A stretch of DNA of 41,492 nt, taken from positions 1-41,492 of the forward strand of contig NW_021835287.1 of the NCBI RefSeq assembly GCF_006345805.1. The letters are read 5' to 3'. The position numbers and the translations under genes are program-made. This document shows positions 11,630-24,514 of this stretch, one piece after another. The stretch is from Octopus sinensis. Its lineage: Eukaryota. Each line of letters begins with the position of its first letter. The first letter of the stretch is position 1. Under the pieces are notes generated by a model, which did no database searches, was not told where the DNA came from, and saw only the letters and a program-made list of their open reading frames with translations.

Positions 11630-11833
11630 TTTTACTCTTTTACTTGTTTCAGTCATTTGACTGTGGTCATGCTGGAGCACCGCCTTTAGTCCGAGCAAAT
11701 CGATCCCAGGACTTATTTTTGGGAAACCTGGTACTTATTCTATCGGTCACTTTTGCCGAACCGCTAGGTTACGGGGACGTAAACACATCAGTATCGGTCG
11801 TCAAGCGATGTTGGGGGACAAACACAGACACAT

Positions 11834-11882
<49 letters not shown>

Positions 11883-11981
11883 ACACACACAAATATATAT
11901 ATAAGACAGGCTTCTTTCAGTTTCCGTCTACCAAATCCACTCACAAGGTTTTTGTTGACCCGAGGGCTATAGTAGAAGACA
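11630..11981 (-). mobile_element. SINE family B, lacking tRNA head
   Basis: Matches the 3' two-thirds of 9200-9598; 16-bp GCTATAGTAGAAGACA duplicated at 11966-11981 and 11985-12000 at its break point. Confidence 0.85.
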
Positions 11982-12000
11982 ATTGCTATAGTAGAAGACA

Positions 12001-12225
12001 CGAGCTGGCAGAAGAGTTAGCACGCCGGGCGAAATGCTTAGCGGTATTTCGTCTGTTGTTACGTTCTGAGTTCAAATTCCGCCGAGGTTGACATTGCCTT
12101 TCATCCTTTCGGGGTCGATAAATAAAGCACCAGTTTCGCACTGGGGTCAATGTAATCGACTTAATCCGTTTGTCTGTCCTTGTTTGTCCCCTCTATGTTT
12201 AACCCCTTGTGGGTAGTAAAGAATA
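12001..12225 (+). mobile_element. SINE family A
   Basis: CGAGCTGGCAGAA head, B box, core and tail. Confidence 0.9.
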
Positions 12226-12469
12226 GATATAGAAAGCAAAAACAAAACCAAATAAAATAACTCTAATCAAATGTGAAAATAGAATAAAATGAAACAAGGT
12301 GGAATAGTATAAATAATAATACAATTTACGGAAGTGAAAACAGATAAATAAATAAATAAATAAATAACAGACGTTACAAACTATTTACAAGTTCTTATAA
12401 TAACCTTATCTTCCTCTTCACTTGCTTTCGTGAACACACGCAGCCACCAGTACTATGTTCCTTAAGACC

Positions 12470-13325
12470 CCAAAGTAGCTAAACCAGCATACCTCAAAGA
12501 AGGCTTGGAAGTGAAATGCTCAGCGTAGTAAAAAAAAGGAGACCGCATGGGTACGTTTCCCGAATACTTGAAGAAGTTAGTGATATCGATATGAAGTGCT
12601 GTCTTTCTTGGGCTTTCGACAACTATATACATCTTACTTCGAAGGCTTTGCATTTGTAATCCAAGAACAGAAGATTGTTACATAATACCTAATAAATCAA
12701 AGAAGCAGTAAGTAAGTCATTTGTGGTTCCAAGATGCAACCGAAAATGTGGATTCTGTTACATTTCTGTAGAAGACATCACACATGTGATCAGCAGCCGC
12801 CCCCAAAAATGTCATCAAGTTAATACCTACGAATACGAGATGACGTTGTCACAAAAATAATATACAATGCTATCCAAAAAGCCGGCTGTCTTCGATTAAG
12901 TATAAAGAACCCCACCTCTATTACTGAATACGTCAACACATAATACGTAAACACCATAGAACATTCTCATCAAAGTTTCTACTAAGTGTAAACAGAACGG
13001 ATGTAGTTATTTGTAACAGAGAAGAGAAATTGTGTGTGTATCATTAAAGAGATCAGTTACTCGCTGATATGAATATCTGTTTGAAAGTAAAATAGAAAGA
13101 AGGTAACAGCTACTTTGAAACTTCAAGCTTTTATATCCAAATTGTAGATTCACATTTATAACAATAATAATTGGTGCACTTGGTTTTGTGCACAGATGCC
13201 TTAGTGAAGAAAACATAATCTAGAGTCTTCAGCAGAAGAAATCATCCAGCTAAAACGCATATGACAAATACAATCTGTAGGCGGAACAACAAAAGTCTGC
13301 AAGACTTTCTCAAGTTCAAAATATG
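12470..13325 (+). mobile_element. Older, diverged R4/Dong-type LINE fragment
   Basis: PHGYVSRILEEVSDID, FEGFAFVIQEQ, CGFC..VEDITHVISS, IIIGALGFV and SVGGTTKVCKTFLKF, with many stops and frameshifts; homologous to 4020 and 36575 copies; different 3'UTR. Confidence 0.75.
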
Positions 13326-14582
13326 AATTTTTGCCTTGTCATCTACATTTCCACGACGGAGCGTCATACCATTGATAGAAAGCTGGTCCTTCCATAAAGG
13401 AAGACTTCGAATAATTAAAAACAGGAAACAAAAATACATGTGCGTACACACACATACACAAATATACATACACACCAACCGTACACCGCTTTTTCAGTTT
13501 ATTATATTTTTATGCAACATTCATTGTTGCTGGTCGTATCCATTCACGATGCCTCGTAATATTTACCACATGTAGTCTAATCAAAATTGGCAGCATGACT
13601 GTAAGTCTCTTTCTCCGTTTTATTAATATAAGAATATATATATTCTACAATGTGTCCGCCCCCACCCCACATATATATATACACATACATACACTCCTAC
13701 ACACACGCATATATATCTATATATATATATATATTTAATCATGCATACATACACACACACATATATATACAAATATATGTATATATACAAAATTTAGATG
13801 ATTGATCACTAAAAGTGGACAGACTGTATGCTAGTTATAGACGTCAAAATCGCCATTTTCCACGGAAAATGTGTTCTCAAGAAAAAAAATTCATCAAAAA
13901 TCCAAAGCGTAAAAATAAGCAAGACAAATGAAAATATACCAAATAAAAAACGATTACCTATGTACTAATTAGTTTCACTTGTTAATAATTTACATATATG
14001 AATATACAAACATCTGCAAGATCATCAGTATAGTCTGTCGTTTACGAAACACAATATCTAGAACTAGATACAGGGTGCTCGACTGTATACACCCCCCACA
14101 CACATGTTTATAAATATAAAGTTTCATTTCGAAAATTGCGTAAACTGATATTGCAAGCAGAGTTGGTACAGCAACAATTGTAACGAATCATAAAGGATGT
14201 ATTAAAGGATTTCTTTGTCATATTATTTGGATTATATATATGTTTTGTATTTATATTTTCTATGTATAATGTATGCATGTATACATGTATATGTGTGTGC
14301 GTGCGTGTGTATGTGTGTGTGTTGTGCGTATGCGTTGTGCGTATGTGTTGTGTGTGTGTGTGTGTGTGTGTTGTGTGTGTGTTGTGTGTGTATGTGTTGA
14401 ATTGATTGAAATGGTGTACATATTTTCACCAGTAAGAAAATGGAGGTAGTCAAGATTTAGATAAAAACTAATTACTTTAGCGCCTTCATCCCCATCAGGG
14501 ATTCATAATGGATTCATTCACAATGAGTCCTTTTTTATTAACACACACACCACACACACACAACACACACACACACACACAC

Positions 14583-14629
<47 letters not shown>

Positions 14630-14681
14630 ATACACACACACACATAACAAGTTTGGTCATTAAATATTTTTCCTTTATCGG

Positions 14682-14912
14682 AGCATATTTGGCTTACACG
14701 TGTTTCCGGTAGTCATTGTAGGTACATTACTGATAGGCTTACTTAAATGGCTATTGATTAGTTGATAATAATTGAATGACCTAAAAAGATTAATGCCACT
14801 TTTGTCAGACCCATTTCTGGTAATAACAAAAAAATTGAATAAACCAATTATGTAAACCTATCAGTAATGTACCTATAATGACTGCTAGAAACAGCTGTAA
14901 GACAAATTTGCT
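14682..14912. mobile_element. MITE-like element with imperfect inverted termini of about 60 bp
   Basis: 14682-14742 pairs with 14852-14912 (core AGTCATT(G/A)TAGGTACATTACTGATAGG); no clear target-site duplication. Confidence 0.7.
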
Positions 14913-15667
14913 ACAATAGAAGACAAATATATAATGATCATAAATTTTACCTTGTGTAAAAACCAATTTGTCTGGGGCCCGTCCACGGATTTACAATATG
15001 GAATTGTGATGAACCATAACATTGGACCCTGTCAAGAATATTTGGAGTTCTTCACTAATCTAAATAAATAATATTGTTAGTTTGCCTAGTGTGCCAACAG
15101 ATCTCATGGAGTATTTTGCCCGGGTTGATAATCCCTCACTATTAGCTCTCTCTCTCTCTCTCACGCTTATATAAATAATTTATTTAAAGGACGCAGTACA
15201 TATGTTTAAGTGCTTCTATTAGTTTCATACGTTGAGAAAATATGAAACATATTCATCAGGCACAAACCACATATCGTAACGAACTAAAAAAATTGAATAA
15301 GAGAAGAAACGCGAAAAAACTTTCCAGCCTTATAATTTAAGGTCTTAAGAAGATAGCCCCTTTCCCTTTTTACTTTTTACATATTAGTTTCTGCGTTTTC
15401 ATTTCTGTTTTTCGTTTTCCGTTTTTTCAATCTTCTGCGTTTTCTATATACTGCATTCTTAGTTTTTTTCGCGTTTCTTTTCTTACTCATTTTTTTTTAG
15501 TTTGTCACGATATGTGTTTGTGTCTGATGAATATGTTTAAGATATTTTACAACATATGAAACTATTAGTAGCACTTAAAGACATATATTGTGTCCTTTAG
15601 ATACATAATATCTATCTCTCACCAAATGGAGTACTTTTTTTGTTGAATTTCTATCACAGAGCAGTAC

Positions 15668-15719
<52 letters not shown>

Positions 15720-16170
15720 ATATATATATAATATATATAATATATATATATAAATACATATATATATGTATGTATATTTATATATATGTATATATATATA
15801 TATGTAATATTATAATATGTATATGTATATGTATATATATATAAATACATATGTATATGTTATATATATGATATATATGTATATATGTATATATATATAT
15901 GTGTATTATATACATACTACATATATATATTATGGCTTCCCCCTCGTTATCGAGTATGGCCATTGCACGAAGCTTAACTGTTACTGTGCTGTGATCGAAT
16001 GTGACTTTTTAGCCCAGCCAAGATCTACAATGTCTTGTACAGAAATTGGCAACTAAAACCTTTACCGGTAATAGCCGGCTGTAGTTGTAACTGGGCTTCA
16101 TGTACCTTTGCATGTCGTTTAAGTCCTCCTGCCGAATTACACTATCTTCCACATGCCCGACATACATACA

Positions 16171-16201
<31 letters not shown>

Positions 16202-16239
16202 TAACATACATACATACATACATACATACATACATACAT

Positions 16240-16278
<39 letters not shown>

Positions 16279-17300
16279 CACCTATATATACATACACACA
16301 CACATATATATATGCTGTGAGGTTAAGCTACAAATGCAAAATCAACCTTTTCGTTCACTCCATTACAATATTTCATTCGTTGGCAATATGCTATTTATTT
16401 CGTTTTACATGATCCTAACCTCTCCCCTAAACAATATAATTCTCAAATTCCTTTGTTTTTCCCCCAGACGAACAAATGCAACGTCTTCCCATGCTACCTG
16501 TTTTATTGTTACCACAAGAGCTTCTACTTCTCTATTATTTTTACTTTTGTACCACCTGTGTCTTCCTCTCTACATCTTGTATAAACAACAGGACTTGACC
16601 TTGCATCCCCCACAGCGACAACTCTGATCAATTCTCTTAAGACAGCATGATCTTCTAGCAGTCGCCGTCTTACAGGTGTTCAAACCGGACATAAACTGTA
16701 TCAGCCTCGTCAACCTAAGAGGGGCCTGCTAAGTTCATACGCTCAATCCATTACTTCGCCTCTATTATTATTAAGCTATAAACAATTCTCAAACTTTAAT
16801 ATTGGTTGCTTAAATTGATTGGATACTTTGTCAGAAATAAAACTATAACACACGCACTTACACTCATACAAATGCGCACGCGCACACATATACTTAAGAT
16901 CATATACCCGTGCACATACATCAGATACATATATGTATACACAAGTACACAGCACACATTTACACCTATACTTTCTCTCTCTTAAATACACACATCTGTA
17001 TATATATATATACATAAAGCTGTCTCTACACGAAGAAATGCTTACATAGAATTTTAAAAAACTATTCTATTACTTGTTTTCATCCTTCGTAAGCGATTAT
17101 GCTGGTTACACCACATTAAATAAAGAATCGATCATAAACAGACGGAAGTCAACAAGATGGTACGCAGGTAAATAAACACAGACAGGTTTAATACACACAC
17201 ACATATGCACACATAGATATATTTATATGTATATGTGTGTGTGTATGTATTAAAGAATATATATATATATAATATATATATATATATATAAGTTCAGCAA

Positions 17301-17548
17301 AATTTAGATTCAGATGAATATGGTACTTAAGTCAAAGGCACCAGAATTTTGTATGGTATTATCCATATAAATCAAATGGGGTGATTATACGTTGTCCATT
17401 TATTTAAAAAATTCTATATGTGGCTGAAGATTGCTCGACATTTTAAAACTGATGTAATACTTACACTGTTTAATAAAATGAAGTAGCATAAAACGTTTGT
17501 ACTTCACTACCTTGGATCCTTGTGCTTATTTTGATTATATAATATATA

Positions 17549-17591
<43 letters not shown>

Positions 17592-17866
17592 AGATTCAGA
17601 TGAATATGGTACTTAAGTCAAAGGCACCAGAATTTTGTATGGTATTATCCATATAAATCCATGGGGTGATTATAATCAAAATAAGCAACAAGTATATCCG
17701 AGGTAATGTGATACAATCGCTTCATGCTACTGTAAGTATTACATCAGTTTTAAAAGATTGCTCGACATTTTAAAACTGATGTAATACTTACAGTGCTTAA
17801 TAAAATGAAGTAGCAGGAAACGATCGTATCGCATTACCTCGGATATCATTGTTGCTTATTTTAATA
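17301..17866 (+). repeat. Rearranged tandem module between (TA)n tracts, probable PLE pseudo-LTR remnants
   Basis: 88-bp direct repeat (17301-17389, 17587-17674); second unit contains an inverted copy of its own 3' part; hammerhead-like half motifs in both units. Confidence 0.6.
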
Positions 17867-17934
17867 TATATATTATATATATATATATATATATAATATA
17901 TATATTATATATATATATAATATATATATATATA

Positions 17935-18339
17935 TACTCTTTAATCTTTTATTGTTTCAGTCTTTGACTGCGGCCATGCTGGAGCACCACTTTAATCGAG
18001 CAACTCGACCCCGGGAATTATTCTTTTGTAAGCCCAGTACTTATTCTATCGGTCTCTTTTACCGAACCGCTAAGTAATGGGGACATAAGCACACCAGCAT
18101 CGGCTGTCAAGCAATGCTAGGGGGACAAACACAGACACACAAACACACACACGCATATATATATACATATATACGACGGGCTTCTTTCAGTTTCCGTCTA
18201 CCAAATCCACCCACAAGGCTTTGGTCGGCCTGAGGCTATAGTAGAAGACACTTACCCAAGGTGCCACGCAGTGGGACTGAACCCAGAACCATGTGGTTGG
18301 TAAACAAGCTACTTACCACACAGCCACTCTTGCGCCTAT
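17935..18339 (-). mobile_element. SINE family B, full length
   Basis: Reverse complement of the 9200-9598 family including the tRNA-like head. Confidence 0.9.
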
Positions 18340-18340
18340 A

Positions 18341-18714
18341 TCTCTCTCTATATAAACGGCAGTTTGTCTGTGCGTGTTTCTGTGTGTCTGTTTGCTTGTA
18401 CCTTCACCCTGACCACGGCTTTCAACCGATTCTGATGAAACTTGACACACACATAGCCCAATGTCATAATTCAAAACTAACGCAGCGAAAATTTTGAAAA
18501 GTTCCCTCAGTTCTGAAAAAAATCGATAAATTCGACATGGGGTCCAGAATCAGAAACACAAACTGTCTAGGGGACGCAACTCCACCTTTTTTAACTAAAA
18601 AAAAATTACCATCATTTTTTCCCACTTTTTTGCTATTTTTTGGCTATAACTCTCTAAAAATGCTTTATAGTTATTTCCCTTACAAACCTGAGCAACGCCG
18701 GGCGATACTGCTAG
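18341..18714 (+). mobile_element. Non-autonomous Helitron
   Basis: A|TC 5' end (exact start ambiguous within a TC run); subterminal hairpin CCTG-AGCAACGC-CGGG; CTAG|T 3' end at 18711-18715; no TSD. Confidence 0.75.
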
Positions 18715-18736
18715 TATATATATATATGTACATATA

Positions 18737-20195
18737 CAGTTGCGGCCAAAATGTTCAGAAAGGCATTGTTTTCGTCAGAAAAGTAGGTATAAGTTTTTAT
18801 CAAAGTTGTTTTATATTCTATAATTTTCACAGACAATAAATACAATATTAATTGGTATTGTCTAAGATTTTGGTGTAATTTGAGTGGATAATACAAAAGT
18901 TATGGATGAATTAGTGATTTACTGCAAAACCCGTGGTGGTCAAAATGATCAGAACGGTTGAAAAAATAACAAAATAATCAAAAAGTGACAGAGAATGCTG
19001 GAATTATTTCATATTTAGTGTGAAGCCCTTTAACTTCAATCAAAGTTTGACATTTTTGACTGTATGGGGAAATTAAATTTTCAATTTCTTGCTGGATGAT
19101 CTTATTCCATTCTTCCTGAAGGGCATTCCATAATTGCTCGGTTGTTTTAGGATTTCTGGCTTTCAAACGTTCTCCTAGAATATTCCACACATTTTCAATA
19201 GGATTGAGGTCTGGGCTTTGAGCAGGCCAATCCATAACAATAACCTTTTCAGCCTTGAGGAAGTTCATGACCACATTAGCCTTGTGACATGGGGCATTGT
19301 CCTGCATGAATATGGGTGGTCGCTTAGTTGAATTTCTCAGCACAGGCAAGACATGATCTTTTACAAGTTGTTTATAAACTCCTGCATTTACCTTTCCATG
19401 TAATGGCAGCAAAGGGCCCACAACATCTCCAGATATCATCCCCAAACCATGACACTTCCTCCACCGAATTTAACACTAGTCTTAAGGCATTTAGGTGACA
19501 ATTTTTCACCTGCTTTTCGACGAACGTACCTTTCCCATCTGAGCCAAATAACATAGACTTAGATTCATCACTGAAATGCACCGTTTGCCATTTTTCTTGA
19601 GACCACAACAATGTGTTCGGTTGCAAGGTAAGACGACACTTTTTATTCTTGAAGCTGATCAGTGGCTTCACTGCAGGTGCTCTTGCTTGTAGGTCATGTT
19701 CAACTAAAGGACGAGACACAGTTTTTCGAGATAAAGTTTTCTTCAGTACAATGCTAATTTCCCGAAAAACAGCAGCAGCAGTTTTAAATCTGTCCTTTTT
19801 ACCCAACTTTACCATAGCACGATCTTCTCTCTTGGTCGTGTTTTCTTGGTCTACCTGTAGACTTTCTTGCTTCGAACGAACCACAATCATCGTAGACCTA
19901 AGAATACCGTGAACAACACTTTTTGACTTGTTAACAATCTTGCAATAGACCTAATACTTAAATTATCCTTCTTTCGAAGCTTAATAATCTGCTGACGAAT
20001 TGGGAACGGAGTAAGTGGCATTATATTAACAAGTACACTGCAGATATTCTTACTAATGTTTAGTAAACTAACTGCCACGTAAACAAATTCAAAACATTAG
20101 AGTTCGACGGTTAAATATACTAAAACATGGAGTAAAAGCAACCGTTCTGATCATTTTGGCCGCCATGGGTTTTGCAGTAAATCCCTAAATCATAT
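18737..20195 (-). mobile_element. Tc1-family transposon with frameshifted DD34E transposase (about 20021 to 19013)
   Basis: VHFSDESK, FMQDNAPCH and WPAQSPDLNPIE with 34 residues between D and E; inverted repeats 18904-18960 and 20139-20195; left end TA|CAGTTG. Confidence 0.92.
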
Positions 20196-20204
20196 ATACA
20201 CTGG

Positions 20205-20590
20205 AACATGTATCATACATCAAAATGAAGCTGGTCCTCTGCGGATTACATCCTTACTTCTCAACATAGTCACCGTTTCTCTCAATAGCAATGTTGCACC
20301 TTCGAATGAGAGCATGTATTCCTGCCCCGTAAAATTCTGTTAACTGTTCTTTGAGCCACTTCTTCACTACAGTTTTCACTTACTCGTCACTGTACTATCA
20401 TCTCTTCGGCCAATGAAAGAGGATTTGAGAGGCAAACATTATTCCAGTGACGAGGAAGTGAAAACTGTAGTGAAAAACAGTAAAAAGAATTTTACGGGGC
20501 AAGGATACACGTTCTCATTTGAAGGTGGGACATTGCTACTGAGAGAACGGTGACTATGTTGAGAAGTAGGGATGTGATCCACTTTTTGAC
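20205..20590. mobile_element. Fold-back pair of mariner transposase 3' ends
   Basis: Plus strand HLFG.MKEDLRGKHYSSDEEVKTVV...NGDYVEK*; the same segment is on the minus strand at 20243-20392. Confidence 0.8.
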
Positions 20591-20900
20591 TCTTTATAAC
20601 AATATGGTCTCTTAACATTACTTCCATTCAATCCGAGACACATCAGAATGAATGCCCCTTATAAGTAAGAATTTGTGCTATAATATCTGATACAAACATC
20701 AATGGCATAAGATTCCAAGAATTGCAGGATATACTCCTAGGCAGGAATTACCCACCGTCCTTATAGGATAATGGAATACAACGAGTCAGACTATTCAGTA
20801 TCTAGCAAGTTAGACGAACAAGCAAAGAAATAAATCAGAATTGAAGGTTCTGTCATACATCTATAACTAAAATCCCTCAAATAATGAGGCCTACAATATA

Positions 20901-21134
20901 TATTTCTTTACTACCCACAAGGGGCTAAACACAGAGAGGACAAACAAGGACAGACAAACGGATTAAGTCGATTATATCGACCCCAGTGCCTAACTGGTAC
21001 TTAATTTATCGACCCCGAAAGGATGAAAGGCAAAGTCGACCTCGGCGGAATTTGAACTCAGAACGTAACGGCAGACGAAGTACTGCTGAGCATTTCGTCC
21101 GGCGTGCTAACGTTTCTGTCAGTTCGCCGCCTTA
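20901..21134 (-). mobile_element. SINE family A, full length
   Basis: Reverse complement of the 27782-28001 copy. Confidence 0.92.
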
Positions 21135-21559
21135 TATAATCATATTATCCAAATGCATACCATCAAAGATAATTTTCTTTGAAGAGTATAGTCAGTTATT
21201 ATTCGAAGGCGGGTGATTTTCTTTTCATCTCTCCTGGGGTAGATTTTGGAATTCCATATTGACTTTATCGTTTCAACATACTTCGATTGCTCTTATCTAA
21301 ATTTTATCCTTATGTTGTTAGTTCCTTGTTTATATTTGCTTACTCCCTTGTATATATATATAGGAAATTTGCCCCCGTTTTTATGTTTCCCTATTACAGC
21401 AAGCAGTTTCCTTTTGCTCCTTTAAGTATTCTTCTAGTTCCACAATTGTTATTTTGTAGTGGGTTTCTGCATTAAAATTCGTTCTCTTTGTTAATCGAAT
21501 ACGTACGGTCATATGTTCATCCTCTCTGTCTCTCTCCTTACATATTTATTTGTGTGCGC

Positions 21560-21616
<57 letters not shown>

Positions 21617-21846
21617 TATATATATATATATATATATTATATATATCGTGAGAAAGTTCTTTGCACTTCATAACGAAGACATGACACGATGTAGGTAAAG
21701 AAATTTGAAAAGTTTACACGAAACCGGTTATTTCTCCAAAAACTATGTTACTATACACAAATTTTATAACAGTTTTCTAACATAACGACTTACATATATT
21801 CTTTAACCTTATAAAACAAGCCTTCTGTAGTTTTTTCACTCTTTTC

Positions 21847-21892
<46 letters not shown>

Positions 21893-22673
21893 TTGTATGT
21901 ATGTATGCACTGTTTGTTTGTGTGTGTGGCCTACTTTAACAACTACAGTATCTGATCTTCAGAACATAGTAACCATGTAGTATCACTACATAATCTAATA
22001 CTTTCTTCGCACCACACTTAATCCTTCTTCTCCGCTTATATTTTGCCACTCAAACATCTGGTGCTTCTCCATTCCCCGCCCCTTACTATCACCCCATCTC
22101 ATCGACATACTCCCCCCCCAAAAAAAAAATAATTTCAGGCTGAAACACAATTGCATCTATATTACCGAATTATCATTATCCCGCAAATCTACGGATTAAT
22201 TGACAAAAATTTAAAGAAAGTCCATTCCAGGAATTTTATTTTTATTGGGACGCTTTTGTATTCTGACAGCCCTCTGACGTAGCATATAAAATACTGTAAC
22301 AACACCTTGTGAGATTCACTAGAGACTTACTCCGTGCCACAAATCCACCGCGGAACACACAAACTTACACACAAATAACACTTAGAGAAAACACATTAGA
22401 AATGGATTTGAAAACAGTTTTTTTTTTATCTGAACTGATCCTTTTATGTGATAGTCAGAGATGGGTTTTGTAGATATAACATGTTTTTTAGCTTGTGGCA
22501 CGAACCGAGCAAGACAACAATAATATTTACGACGAGTTAATCAAAAATCAAACCCGGAGTAAAGTAGAACATTTTCCCATACATTCAATTATCCTTCATC
22601 TTTTCTTTTAATGATGAGTGCTCGTGATTTCCTCTGTTTTTATATATATATAGACATACATACATATATAAAT

Positions 22674-22714
<41 letters not shown>

Positions 22715-22792
22715 CATATATACATATATACATATATAAATATACACATATATATATATACACACACACATATATATATATGTATATATATA

Positions 22793-22825
<33 letters not shown>

Positions 22826-22848
22826 TATAGATATATAGACATACATAT

Positions 22849-22904
<56 letters not shown>

Positions 22905-23374
22905 AATATATATAGACATATATACATATATACAACACTCACACACACACACACATATACATATATGTATAAATTCATTGGGAAAAGCACTTGTGAGATG
23001 ACATGTTTTAAATAAATTCTCTAACTTCCACTCTTCCCGAACTATCAGCCATTATTTCTTATCTGCTGATTTTTAACACAAAAATATCAATGGAAAATGG
23101 ACGATACTGCTTCAGCGTCAGTCCAGATGCTATCAGTTTTACCGTGACTTTTGTTGTTATTGTTCTTGTTTAGCACAAAGTCTGCTTTGAAAGAGTAGGC
23201 CTATGATAACAAGCATTCTCTCCATGGCCATCTCATTTATTTTCCTTTTTATTAATGCATTGTGTTTCTAATGTAATCTTACACATCCTTTTTGAATGAA
23301 TAGAGTATGATGTAAGGAAATTTTGGTTGCTACTTCCACACAAGGTGGTTTCATTGTCTGTTCAATATAGTTTC

Positions 23375-23560
23375 TTTCTTTTAACTTGTTTCAGTCGTTT
23401 GACTGTGGCCATGCTGGAGCACCGCCTTTAGTCGAGCTAATCGACCCCAGGACTTATTCTTTTGTAAGGCTAGTACTTATTCTATCGGTCTCTTTTGCCG
23501 AACCGCTAGTTTACGGGGACATGAACACAACAACATCGGTTGTCAAGCGATGTTGGGGGA

Positions 23561-23595
<35 letters not shown>

Positions 23596-23706
23596 GCGCA
23601 CACACATGTATATATCGTTAGCCACTAAACACATTTTTTTCTCTCCTTGTTTCTCTCCTTGTTTTTTCTGTGTCCCTTTCTCTAGAAGAGCGTAGGCTCG
23701 AAACGT

Positions 23707-23788
<82 letters not shown>

Positions 23789-23905
23789 GACGGGCTTCTT
23801 TCAGTTTCCGTCTACCAAATCCACTCACAAGGCTTTGGTCAGCCCGAGGCTATAATAGAAGACACTTGCCCAAGGTGCTACGCAATGGGACTCAGCCCGG
23901 AGCCA
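23375..23905 (-). mobile_element. SINE family B with nested insertion in its internal microsatellite
   Basis: Family B sequence resumes after 23611-23709. Confidence 0.85.
23611..23709 (+). mobile_element. Second copy of the short hammerhead-like repeat
   Basis: ATCGTTAGCCACTA...GAAGAGCGTAGGCTCGAAACGTAAA matches the reverse complement of 2763-2860. Confidence 0.65.
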
Positions 23906-24258
23906 ATGATTTGAATTAGGATCAAATATTGATCAGGGTTGATATTAGCTTTCAACGAAGTAGTTGTAAGTGCTAATTTAGTCAATCAGGCAAGGACGAC
24001 GGCGACTGTTTGTCCACTGCGTGGGCCACTCTGAATTGGAAGAACCCAAAGTAGTCTCGAACCCTCTTCATGGTGGTATAAGAAGGGGAAAACGTCATCC
24101 ACTTATGCGGGCCTGGAACGTATTCCGGACCTCGAGGCAATGATGATGAACTGACAAGTGTGGCGGATAGACTTTATTGCATCCACACACACCATACATA
24201 CATGCATACAAACATATACATACACACATACATGCACACACCACACACACACAACACA

Positions 24259-24289
<31 letters not shown>

Positions 24290-24514
24290 CCACACACACA
24301 CATGACAGTAGTGCTATCGCTAATTCCTGTTCTGCTGCTGATGCCGTTAGAGCCAGCGATGGAACTGGATCAGTTGCCTCTGCTGCCACTACTATAGACT
24401 CAACGGCAACGGTAGCAGCAATTGCAGCAACAATAGCACAAGCAACAGCAGCACCTACAACAGCAACAGGCGCAACGACAGCAGCAACATGCGCACCGAC
24501 ATCACGCATCACAT

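Noticed and set aside
10494-12225. Repeated SINE units resembling a CRISPR or regular array
   Set aside because: Units are 180-230 bp with Pol III boxes and irregular spacing; eukaryotic context; no cas genes.
15930-16165. Minus-strand CRSWLG*KVTFDHSTVTVKL, like the end of an APE endonuclease
   Set aside because: One weak motif with no supporting upstream motifs.
17093-17168. 74-bp candidate exon (AG...CAG|GTAAAT) with an open frame
   Set aside because: Weak acceptor, no recognisable peptide; such signals arise by chance.
21673-21735. ACGAAGA ... GAAACCGGTT hammerhead-like words next to (TA)n
   Set aside because: Core has two mismatches and no stem I can be formed.
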